A stretch of 64,000 nucleotides of DNA from Alphaproteobacteria bacterium (lineage in GTDB: Bacteria > Pseudomonadota > Alphaproteobacteria > GCA-2746255), in assembly GCA_965249135.1 (NCBI GenBank), contig OZ252220.1, forward strand, positions 1,990,056-2,054,055. The letters are read 5' to 3'. The notes below the pieces were generated by a model. It saw nothing but the letters and a program-made list of their open reading frames with translations, searched no databases and was not told the DNA's origin. Positions 16,687-26,000 of the stretch are shown here, piece by piece; the first letter of the stretch is position 1; every line of letters starts with the position of its first letter. The translations under genes were made by a program, and so were the position numbers.

Positions 16687-17691
16687 ATGCTGCGAAGGCA
16701 AAGAGCCCAATGGAAAATATTGCTGGTCACGGCGCTTATCCTCGCCGTTGCGCCTGCCGGAGCCGTGTCCACTCAAGAGGCCACGCCGTTAATCCGGCTT
16801 GCCGTCCTGAAATACGGTTCCGTGGCCTGGGAACGCGACGTGATCGAACACCATGGGCTTGATCGCAAACATGGCTTTACCCTGGATACCGTCGAGCTTG
16901 CCGGCACACAGGCCTTGAAGGTTGCGCTCCAGGCGAATCGCGTCGATATCATTCTCTCCGATTGGCTCTGGGTTTCCCGCATTCGCCAGATGGGTTCCGA
17001 TGTTACCTTCGCCCCCTATGGGGCGTGGGCGGGCGGACTCGTGGTTTCGGCGGACTCCTCGGTCCAAACTCTCGCGGCGTTGCGGGATCGCCGCCTCGGT
17101 GTTGCCGGTGGGCCGATCGATAAGAATTGGCTTCTCTTGCGGGCATTGGTCGCTCGTGAAGAAGGCATGCGGCTTGTCGAAGCGACGGACGTCGTCTTCG
17201 GTGCGCCGCCGCTCTTGCGGATGGAATTACAACAAGGGCGTTTGGATGCTGTGCTCACCTATTGGCAAGACGTGGCGAAGCTTCGAATGACCGGATTCCG
17301 CCTGCTTATCGACACGGCAGAAGTCGCGAAACGTCTTGGCATTCAACGGCGGGTCCCGTTTTTGGGCTATGTCTTCTCGGAAGGGTGGGCGGAGAAGCAC
17401 CAAAAGACCGTTCTGGGGTTTCTGGCGGCCTCCCGTGAGGCAAAGGCGATCCTTCGTGATTTGGACGCGGAATGGGACCGGATTGCCCCGCTCACCCGCA
17501 CACAGAATGAGGCGCAGCTTCATGGCGTACGTGATGCCTATCGGCGTGGCCTTCTCGATCGCTGGGGAAACGAGGAGCGGACAGCGGCGAAGGCCCTCTT
17601 CCGGATTCTTGCTGAAATTGGGGGCGAGCCGTTGACCGGTGGGCAGGCGGTCCTTGCGGCGGGTACGTTCTGGGCGGAGGACCGATTTTAG
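16687..17691 (+). CDS. ABC transporter periplasmic substrate-binding protein (NMT1/NitT-TauT family)
   Basis: Signal peptide; NMT1-like fold signature; followed by its permease and ATPase. Confidence 0.75.
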   Translation: MLRRQRAQWKILLVTALILAVAPAGAVSTQEATPLIRLAVLKYGSVAWERDVIEHHGLDRKHGFTLDTVELAGTQALKVALQANRVDIILSDWLWVSRIRQMGSDVTFAPYGAWAGGLVVSADSSVQTLAALRDRRLGVAGGPIDKNWLLLRALVAREEGMRLVEATDVVFGAPPLLRMELQQGRLDAVLTYWQDVAKLRMTGFRLLIDTAEVAKRLGIQRRVPFLGYVFSEGWAEKHQKTVLGFLAASREAKAILRDLDAEWDRIAPLTRTQNEAQLHGVRDAYRRGLLDRWGNEERTAAKALFRILAEIGGEPLTGGQAVLAAGTFWAEDRF

Positions 17692-17694
17692 GGA

Positions 17695-18444
17695 ATGTTC
17701 AGCCTGAAAGAACACGCACCGAGGCTTGCCTCTTTTCTCCTCTTTCTCCTTCTTTGGGAGGTTGGGGCGGTTGCGTTCGAGAGCCGTCTCCTGCCGCTGC
17801 CGGAAGCCGTCTTTTCCGTACTGCTTGACGGCCTGCGAAATGGCGAAATCCCCTATCATATTGCCATTACGCTTGGACGCGTGGCTGCGAGTTTTGTGCT
17901 CGCGATGGCGATCGGGTCTGCCGTCGGCATTGCGATGGGGCAATCTCGGTTGCTTGATCGGTTGTTTGATAGCTGGCTTGTTTTTTTCCTGAACGTTCCT
18001 GCGCTGGTCGTCATTTTGCTGGCCTATGTTTGGTTTGGACTGATCGAAGCCGCCGCGATCTTGGCCGTTGCCGTGAACAAAATCCCAAACGTTGCCGTTA
18101 CCTTACGGGAAGGCTCTCGTGCACTTGATCGAGACTACCTTGAAATGGCGAGAAGTTTTCACTTGAGTTCCATCCGAACGTTTCGCCATGTGGTTCTCCC
18201 GCAACTTTCCCCGTATTTCCTTGCCTCTGCGCGTTCCGGACTGGCGTTGATCTGGAAGATTGTCCTCGTCGTCGAACTGCTTGGGCGAAGTGATGGGGTC
18301 GGCTTTCAATTGCATCTCTATTTTCAACTGTTCGACGTGACTTCCATTCTTGCCTACACCCTGGCCTTCATTGCCGTCGTGCTGGTGATCGAAGCGACGG
18401 CCCTTCGGCCGCTTGACCGTCGGGCGCTTCGGTGGCGGCGATGA
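17695..18444 (+). CDS. ABC transporter permease (NitT/TauT-type)
   Basis: Polytopic membrane protein with the EAA-like loop of binding-protein-dependent permeases. Confidence 0.8.
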   Translation: MFSLKEHAPRLASFLLFLLLWEVGAVAFESRLLPLPEAVFSVLLDGLRNGEIPYHIAITLGRVAASFVLAMAIGSAVGIAMGQSRLLDRLFDSWLVFFLNVPALVVILLAYVWFGLIEAAAILAVAVNKIPNVAVTLREGSRALDRDYLEMARSFHLSSIRTFRHVVLPQLSPYFLASARSGLALIWKIVLVVELLGRSDGVGFQLHLYFQLFDVTSILAYTLAFIAVVLVIEATALRPLDRRALRWRR

Positions 18445-19190
18445 GCGGAATCCGGGTCGATGTCCATGCGAAGCACTTTCCGGATACAACCGGGGCCGGG
18501 TTGCGGAAGGTCCTCGACACACTCCGTTTTACGGCCGAAAAGGGGGAATTTCTAGCCATCGTCGGGCCATCCGGCTGCGGCAAGACGACGCTTCTCAACC
18601 TGATTGCGGGTCTGGATTTGGCTTACGAGGGCAATGTCGAACTTCCTCTCGCATCCGGAAAGGACATGCCTGCCATCGGTTATGTCTTTCAAAATCCGCG
18701 CCTGCTTCCTTGGCGGACGGTGCTCGAAAACATCCACCTTGTACTCGAACACCCTGGGAAGAAGGCGGCCCTTGTAGAGGCACTGCTAGAAGAAACCGGT
18801 CTCTCGGAATTCCAGGATGCGTACCCTGGGAAACTCTCCCTCGGTCAATGCCGGCGCGCCGCCATCGTCCGCGCCTTTGCCCCTGAACCGGACCTGCTCC
18901 TTATGGATGAACCTTTCGTCTCGCTCGATGCGACGACGGCCGAACGGCTTCGCCAGCTCCTTCTGCGAATTTGGCAGGTTCGCCCGACGACAGTTCTGTT
19001 CGTCACGCACGATCTGGACGAAGCGATCACGCTTGCCGATCGCATTCTCGTTCTTTCGGATATTCCGGCGACGGTGGTGGCGGATGTGCCGGTCACGATT
19101 CCACGCGAGAAACGCATGGACGCTGCGTTGATCGATGAATTCCGGCGCCGTCTTCCTGAATCCAAGGCAACCGGTTCGTCGGATTCCTAA
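18432..19190 (+). CDS. ABC transporter ATP-binding protein
   Basis: Walker A GPSGCGKTT, LSGGQ-like signature, Walker B LLMDEP. Confidence 0.85.
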   Translation: MAAMSGIRVDVHAKHFPDTTGAGLRKVLDTLRFTAEKGEFLAIVGPSGCGKTTLLNLIAGLDLAYEGNVELPLASGKDMPAIGYVFQNPRLLPWRTVLENIHLVLEHPGKKAALVEALLEETGLSEFQDAYPGKLSLGQCRRAAIVRAFAPEPDLLLMDEPFVSLDATTAERLRQLLLRIWQVRPTTVLFVTHDLDEAITLADRILVLSDIPATVVADVPVTIPREKRMDAALIDEFRRRLPESKATGSSDS

Positions 19191-19194
19191 TGCC

Positions 19195-19998
19195 CTAGGT
19201 ACCAACCTTCCGCTGCATCATGCCGCGTGCCGGGTTGTAACCAAGGACGGCGAGGGCTAGGAACAAAACAAAAGTTCCGGTGGTGATGGCGATGGCCCAG
19301 AGATTAACCTCGCCGTATAGCGCAAAGCGGATGGTTTCGACTGCATGGGTGAACGGGTTGAAGCGGCAAATCTCATAAAGCAACACGCTCGACTCTTGCA
19401 TTTTCCAAAGCGGGTAAAGTGCGGAAGATAGAAAGAACATCGGGAAAATCACGAAGTTCATGATACCAGCGAAGTTCTCAAGTTGGCGAATGGCAGACGA
19501 AAGCAAAAGCCCAAGTGCACCGAGCATAAGACCAGAAAGGACCAGTGCTGGAAAGATGGTGACATAGCCAAGGATCGGTGCCTCGATGCCGATCAGCCAG
19601 GCAATGCCCAGAAAGGCGTAGACTTGCAGGATCGAGACGAAGGTTCCCGCCATAAGTTTACAAATTAAGAGATACCATCGGGGCAGCGGGCTTACGAGAA
19701 GCGTGCGCATGCTTCCCATTTCCCTGTCGTAAACCATCGAGAGGGAACTTTGCATGCCGTTGAAGAGTTGGATCATGCCGATGAGACCGGGGACGATATA
19801 GACCTCGTAGGTGATATAGGTTTCGTAAGGTGGAATAATCGAAATACCAAGCGCTGCTCGGAAGCCGGCTGCAAAAACGACAAGCCAGATGAGAGGACGA
19901 ACGAGAGCGGCGAGAAACCGTTCGCGCTGTTGTATGAATCGCAGTGCCTCGCGGGTCAGAATCCCGATAAAGCAACGGAGGTAATGCATGGCACTCAC
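19195..19998 (-). CDS. ABC-2 type transporter permease
   Basis: Six-TM ABC-2 permease pattern; coupled to the upstream ATPase. Confidence 0.8.
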   Translation of the reverse strand: MSAMHYLRCFIGILTREALRFIQQRERFLAALVRPLIWLVVFAAGFRAALGISIIPPYETYITYEVYIVPGLIGMIQLFNGMQSSLSMVYDREMGSMRTLLVSPLPRWYLLICKLMAGTFVSILQVYAFLGIAWLIGIEAPILGYVTIFPALVLSGLMLGALGLLLSSAIRQLENFAGIMNFVIFPMFFLSSALYPLWKMQESSVLLYEICRFNPFTHAVETIRFALYGEVNLWAIAITTGTFVLFLALAVLGYNPARGMMQRKVGT

Positions 19999-20789
19999 GC
20001 GGCGCCCTCCATCGGCGTCAGTTTCGTGAAGGCGTCGCCAATCGTTGCCACGCCAGCCGCTCGAACGACGTCTGCAACCGAGCCCTCGGCCTGAATCCGT
20101 CCTTCATGCAGCAAGACGATACGATCGGTGGGTGCAATTTCATCGATCAGATGCGTTGCCCAAAGAACGGCGATCCCTTCGTCTTCGCAGAGATGATGAA
20201 TGTGATCGATGATGGCTTGGCGGGTTGGAACGTCCAGACCGACGGTAGGTTCGTCTAGTAGAAGAAGGCGCGGCCGGTGAAGGAGTGCGCGGGCGATTTC
20301 AACCCGGCGGCGGTGTCCACTGTTGAGTGTCCGGACCTTCTCGTTTCGACGCTCTTCCATGCCGAGTCGCTGGAGTTCGATTTCGATCCGCGCGAAGACC
20401 TCTCGCTTCCGCATGCCACGAAGCGCCGCGTGGTAGCGAAGGTTCTGCATCACGCTAAGGTCCAAATCCAGCGTCGATTGCTGGAAAACGACCCCCATCT
20501 CCGCCAGCGCCGGCAGGGGGGCCGTTTGAACGTTATGACCGCCGACGGCGATGGTTCCCTGGCCGGCGTCGTAGAGGCGGGTGATCAGGGAAAAAAGCGT
20601 CGTCTTTCCGGCGCCGTTCGGGCCCAAAAGCGCGGTGAACCCACCCGGCGCAATCGTAAAACCGATGTCGGCAAGGGCTGGTTTCGCGCCATAGCCGAAG
20701 CTTATCCCCTCGACGCGAAGAGCCGGCCTTGAACCGCCATTTGGTTTACGGTCCGACATCGATCCCCCAGGGATAGCGACCCGTGGCAA
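19995..20789 (-). CDS. ABC-2 type transporter ATP-binding protein (PQQ-dependent-dehydrogenase-system-associated type); true start probably at MSDRKP (~20759)
   Basis: Walker A GPNGAGKTT, Walker B LLLDEPT. Confidence 0.85.
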   Translation of the reverse strand: MPRVAIPGGSMSDRKPNGGSRPALRVEGISFGYGAKPALADIGFTIAPGGFTALLGPNGAGKTTLFSLITRLYDAGQGTIAVGGHNVQTAPLPALAEMGVVFQQSTLDLDLSVMQNLRYHAALRGMRKREVFARIEIELQRLGMEERRNEKVRTLNSGHRRRVEIARALLHRPRLLLLDEPTVGLDVPTRQAIIDHIHHLCEDEGIAVLWATHLIDEIAPTDRIVLLHEGRIQAEGSVADVVRAAGVATIGDAFTKLTPMEGAA

Positions 20790-21720
20790 CGGATTTCCGA
20801 ACCTTCAGGGCCTCCACATCGATGATGGAGATGTCGTTGCTGACCCCGTTCGTCGAATAAAGCCACTTTCCGTCCGGCGAGAAGGCAAGATTCCATACCC
20901 TGTTGCCGACAAGAAGATATTTCTCCACCTCATAAGTATGACGGTTCACTACGGCGACGTGATTTGCCGGACCGAGCGCCACGAATGACCGTGAGCCGTC
21001 CCCAGAATGAGCAATGCCGACCGGCTGGATCTTCTCGGATTCGATGCCAGAGATGGCAAACGCAATTCTTTGGGTAATTTCGTGGGAGGTGCTGTCGATG
21101 ACATTCACCGTGCCGCCGATCTCGGAGGAAACCCATGCCTCCTTCGCATCCGGCGTAAAGGCGATGTATCGAGGGCGGCCGTCGACAAGAATGTTCTTGA
21201 CGACCGTTTGCGTCTCCACCTCGATCCAGTGAACCATGTTTGTGGTCTCGGAGGTGACGACGGCCCATCGCCCATCCCCGCTTATGCCCACGCCCTCCGG
21301 TTCGACTCCGACCGGGATTTCGGCCACGACTTCGCGTTTCTCGACGTCGATGACGGTGGCGAGGTTGTCATCTTCATTCGATACATAGAGAAGCCGTCCA
21401 TTTGGGTGAAGGGCGAAGGTTTCCGGATCATCCCCCGAAGGAAGCGTATGCGTGATTTTACCCGTCTCCAGATCAAGAACCTGGATCGTATCGTCGTCGC
21501 TGGCACAGATGTAAAGCGCCTTCTTGTCGTGGCTTAACGTGATCCCACGGGGGCGTTGACCGACGGCAATCGTCTGCTTGAGTTCACCTGTCTTGCCATC
21601 GAGGATGGCGATCGAATTGTCCTTTTCGTTCGAGACATAGACGGTCTGAGCGAAAGCCGCATTTGGGACGGAAAGGGCCAATGCCAAAAGTGTGATTCCT
21701 AACGCCCGTTTTGCCGCCAT
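20746..21720 (-). CDS. YVTN-family beta-propeller repeat protein with signal peptide (PQQ-dependent catabolism-associated beta-propeller type)
   Basis: Start taken at MAAKRALGITLLALALS (signal peptide) rather than the 398-aa extension. Repeated propeller blades; position between the LivK-like binding protein and the ABC-2 ATPase. Confidence 0.7.
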   Translation of the reverse strand: MAAKRALGITLLALALSVPNAAFAQTVYVSNEKDNSIAILDGKTGELKQTIAVGQRPRGITLSHDKKALYICASDDDTIQVLDLETGKITHTLPSGDDPETFALHPNGRLLYVSNEDDNLATVIDVEKREVVAEIPVGVEPEGVGISGDGRWAVVTSETTNMVHWIEVETQTVVKNILVDGRPRYIAFTPDAKEAWVSSEIGGTVNVIDSTSHEITQRIAFAISGIESEKIQPVGIAHSGDGSRSFVALGPANHVAVVNRHTYEVEKYLLVGNRVWNLAFSPDGKWLYSTNGVSNDISIIDVEALKVRKSVATGRYPWGIDVGP

Positions 21721-21724
21721 GGTC

Positions 21725-22915
21725 TCACTCTCTGTTCTTGGTCGTTGAAGTTTTGCAGCTGCTTTCCGGCTCATCGTAACCCAGGGTATCGAGCGTGGTT
21801 TCGGGATGCAGGAAACCTTCTTGGGGGGCGGTCGCCACCAGGGCCTTCGGTGCGGCAAGCAGGATCGGCTGCCGCAGCTGTCGATTCCATTGGCGGAAGG
21901 TAAGTTTCCGACCCTTGAAGCCCTGCAGGGCGAAGCTCTCATCCAGGAGGTGATGGCGGATCGCCCTGAATTCGACGGACTGCGTTCGCGTTGCCGCTTC
22001 TCCGATGGCCCGTACGGAAAGCCAGGCTGCGTAATCGATCGCCCGCATTGGGCGGCCGGTTAGTTTCCTGAAGCGCCGTTGGAGTTGGGTGGCGCCCCAT
22101 TGCTCATGCGCATGGTGCCAGGCCGTTGGCGTCAATCCCTGTGTGCCGGCGGTTGGTCGAGGCTCCCAACTGCGGTATGCGAAATATTCACCGAAATCGC
22201 CGCGTTCGTCGGCAAGGATTAGGATGTCATAATCCACCCCTTGTGTGAATACCGGCACCTCGGCCTGCGCCGTTCGCCTGGCGTCATGAGTATAGGTCCA
22301 GTTTTTTTCCGCGACGATACGGCCACCGAAGCGATCGGCAGCCCGCTTAACGGCTTCGGCAAAGCGCATGTCCGCCTTGCTGGGACCGACGACAAGAAAC
22401 CATCGCGACCAACGTTTACGAATGAGGTATTGCGCAAGGGCATCCGCCAGCATTGCGCGGCTTGGAAATATATGGAGAAGGTTTGGCCGACACGAACCAT
22501 TCCGCAAAGCATCGTCCGGCGCACTGGCGTTATAGAGAAGTACATCCTTCGCCTCCGGTAGGTCTGCAATCTTGAGAAGCGTGTCTGCGGGAAGATGTGT
22601 CACGATATGACGAACGTTGGACGTGACGAGGTCGTGAAACGCGGCTAACGGATCGCCATCTATCGGTACGACGACTTCTTCAAGCTGGAAATCCTGTTTC
22701 AGGAAACTTCCCGTCGTATCGTTATCCCGAAGGGCAAGACGGGCCCCTTGCATACCAAGATCGCCGGGTTCCGTCTCAAGATTCGAAAGTGCCGGCGGCG
22801 CCTCCCTTTCCATCGTTAGAAAGGCAATGCGGACCGTTGCCATACCCGTTTTTTCGGCAAAGGCGTGATTTCCAGCAATCGCCAGAGGCAGCAAGCACCA
22901 CGCCAAGACGGCCAA
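21725..22915 (-). CDS. LivK-like periplasmic substrate-binding protein (PQQ-dependent alcohol dehydrogenase system type)
   Basis: Signal peptide; Peripla_BP_6-type fold; operon with beta-propeller, ATPase and permease. Confidence 0.7.
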   Translation of the reverse strand: MAVLAWCLLPLAIAGNHAFAEKTGMATVRIAFLTMEREAPPALSNLETEPGDLGMQGARLALRDNDTTGSFLKQDFQLEEVVVPIDGDPLAAFHDLVTSNVRHIVTHLPADTLLKIADLPEAKDVLLYNASAPDDALRNGSCRPNLLHIFPSRAMLADALAQYLIRKRWSRWFLVVGPSKADMRFAEAVKRAADRFGGRIVAEKNWTYTHDARRTAQAEVPVFTQGVDYDILILADERGDFGEYFAYRSWEPRPTAGTQGLTPTAWHHAHEQWGATQLQRRFRKLTGRPMRAIDYAAWLSVRAIGEAATRTQSVEFRAIRHHLLDESFALQGFKGRKLTFRQWNRQLRQPILLAAPKALVATAPQEGFLHPETTLDTLGYDEPESSCKTSTTKNRE

Positions 22916-23031
22916 TCCCCGCCTCCAGTGCGATAACCCAGTGATTTTTTTACGTTTTATCAGGAATTCCTCCAGATGATCGGATTGTCGAAAAGGAATC
23001 TGCCGCCGTCAAGGCCATCTCCGTCCCGTAC

Positions 23032-26000
23032 TTGGCCTTGAGGGATCAAAGTGGAAGCGAGTCTTTCGGAATGGATGCGGAATGGGCTAGCTTATCCAAG
23101 GGTAATACCCCTGTTCTCCAGGGCGAAGAAGGCATGTTAGAGAAAACCCAACAAGCACAAACGACCCTCATTGATAGCGTCGTTCAGGCGGCGGCGAAGA
23201 AAAAAGAAGGCGGAAAAAATACCTCGCTGGGAAAGTTTATCCGTCTTTATTTTTCGAACGTTTCGCCTGTGGACCTGGCTGGTTGTTCCATTGACGAACT
23301 TTGTTGTGCGGCACTCTCTGTCTGGCGCTTAGGTCAGGAACGCGCCCCTTGCGAGGTGCGGATTAGGACTTTCAATCCAGACCGTAAAAAAGACGGATGG
23401 GAATCCTCACACACAATCATTGAAATCATCAACGACGATATGCCGTTTCTCGTCGATTCCCTGACGATGGAACTCAACCGTCATGGACTCACGGTGCACC
23501 ATATCATCCATCCAGTTTTCGAGGTTAAACGTACGAAAGCTGGAAAACTTTCTCGGATTGATGGACTCGAGGATGGCGGTGACAAAACGACCCGTGAATC
23601 CTTCATGCACATCGAGATCGATCAGCAAACCGCGCCCGATTTCCTAAAGCGCCTTAAAGAAGGGCTGACAAGTGTTTTGGAAGATGTACGGTTTTCAGTC
23701 GAAGACTGGATGCCAATGCGCAACCAGATGAATGCGATTATCGACGAGCTTAACCAAAAGCCGCCTCCCTTGCCGGCGCACAAGGTTGCCGAGGGAATCG
23801 CCTTCCTTCAATGGCTGCTCGACAATCACTTTTCTTTTCTTGGGTATCGTGAATACAGCTTGGTGGAGGAGGGGGGGAAGGAATATGTACGCCCGGTTTC
23901 CGAATCTGGGCTTGGAATCCTTCGGAAGATGACGCCGGAAGCAATTGCCCATAGCGAGCAGGCCCTTCGCCCGGCAATCCAGCGCTTCGCTCACAAGAAG
24001 GCCTTGTTGATTGTTACGAAGACAAACGCACAGGCCACTGTCCATCGGGCGGCCCATATGGAGTATATCGGGATCCGGGTCTTTGATGCGGATGGCAACG
24101 CAGTGGGCGAGATGCGATTCCATGGTCTTTACACTTCCACCGCCTATAGCCGAAGCCCGAGAGAGATCCCAATTCTTCGCGACAAGGTTGCTGCCACGCT
24201 TGAACGGGCCGGTTTCCTTCCCGCCAGTCACAGTGGAAAGGCGCTACTCCACATTCTTGAGACCTATCCGCGGGATGAATTATTCCAAATCTCAAAGCCC
24301 GAGCTTCATCGGATCAGCACTGGAATACTCGCCCTTCAGGAGCGTCGGCGCGTAGCCCTTTTTACCCGCCATGACGTGTTCCAACGTTTCGTTTCCTGTC
24401 TCGTTTACCTTCCACGGGACATTTTCGACACCGAATTACGCGAGCGCATACAGAAGGCTCTTGAGGAATCCTACAAAGGCGAGATGACCGACTACTACAC
24501 GCAGGTCGGCGATCCGGCCCTTGCTCGTCTTCTATTCATTATTCGAAGCACGCCCGGGAAGGCTTCAAAAGTTAACGATGCCGATGTTGAACAACGGCTG
24601 ATCGTGATCGCGCGCTCCTGGGAAGCGGATCTTCGAGAGGTATTGATTGAAAGTAGTGGAGAAGAGAAGGGCTTAAGCCTGCTCCGAAAATATGAAAAGG
24701 CTTTTCCGCCTTCCTATCGTGAGCATTTCGATACCGGCGCTGCGGTTGGCGATATAGAGAAAATTTCGAACGTGCTCACAACCGGCGAGCTTGACCTCGA
24801 TCTTTACCGGCAGGAAGGCGAGGCAGGCAACCAACTAAGATTCAAGATTTACAATCCCAGTGTACCCGTACCGCTCTCGGATGCCTTGCCCATGCTTGAG
24901 AATATGGGGCTTCGTGTTATTGGCGAAGTTCCATTCCAGATTACACCGAAGGATGCCGAACCCGTCTTCATTCATGATTTTCGGATGGTGACGCAAGACG
25001 GGAGTGAAATTTCACTCGAAAAGGTCAAAGAGAATTTCGAAGAGGCGTTCCAACAGGTCTGGTGCGATCATGTCGAGGATGATGTTTTCAATCGTTTGGT
25101 TTTAATTGCCGGCCTCACCTCACGGGAAGTCGTTATCCTCCGTGCCCTACATAAATTCCTTCGTCAGATTGGTATTCCATTCAGCCTGGCTTATATGGGC
25201 GAGACGCTGGCAAGCAATGCGCATATCGCGCGTATGATCGTTGAATTGTTCGCGGCTCTTTTTGATCCGAGGAATCGCAAGCGAGCGGAAGTTCGTACTG
25301 TGAAGCTTCGCAATGAAATTGAAGAAGCATTGGACAAGGTTCCGAATCTTGATCAGGATCGAATTCTTCGGCGGTTTCAGAACCTCGTCGAATCGACTTT
25401 GCGCACAAACTATTTTCAACGGGACGCGGAAGGGGAGCCGAAAACTTACGTTTCCTTCAAATTCGCCAGCCAATGCATTGAAGGCCTGCCATTACCGCGG
25501 CCGATGTATGAGATTTTTGTATATTCACCGAGAATGGAGGGGGTGCACCTTCGTGGTGGTCCAGTCGCTCGTGGTGGTATTCGCTGGTCGGATCGGCGCG
25601 AGGATTTTCGAACCGAAATATTAGGCTTGATAAAAGCCCAGATGGTGAAGAACGCCATCATCGTACCGGTTGGCGCAAAGGGAGGTTTCGTGATCAAACG
25701 CCCGCCGACGGAAGGTGGGCGTGAGGCGCTGATGACCGAGGTCGTCGCCTGTTACAAAACGCTCATCCGGGGCATGCTGGACATCACGGACAATCTCAAG
25801 GGCGATCAGGCCATTCATCCGTTGGAGACGCTCTGCAAGGATGGGGCGGATCCGTATCTGGTGGTTGCCGCCGATAAAGGGACGGCAACTTTTTCCGATA
25901 CCGCGAACGAGCTTTCGCAAGATTACGGCTTCTGGCTTGGGGATGCCTTCGCCTCCGGCGGGTCACAAGGCTACGATCATAAGAAGATGGGCATCACGGC

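Noticed and set aside
16485-16772. 95-aa ORF as a whole
   Set aside because: Only the last 27 codons form a credible gene (pqqA). The upstream 68 codons have no coding character and would place the start far from any RBS.
20746-21942. 398-aa version of the beta-propeller ORF
   Set aside because: The upstream 74 codons overlap the binding-protein gene and are Arg/Pro-rich. The start at MAAKRALGITLLALALS gives a proper signal peptide and abuts the upstream stop.
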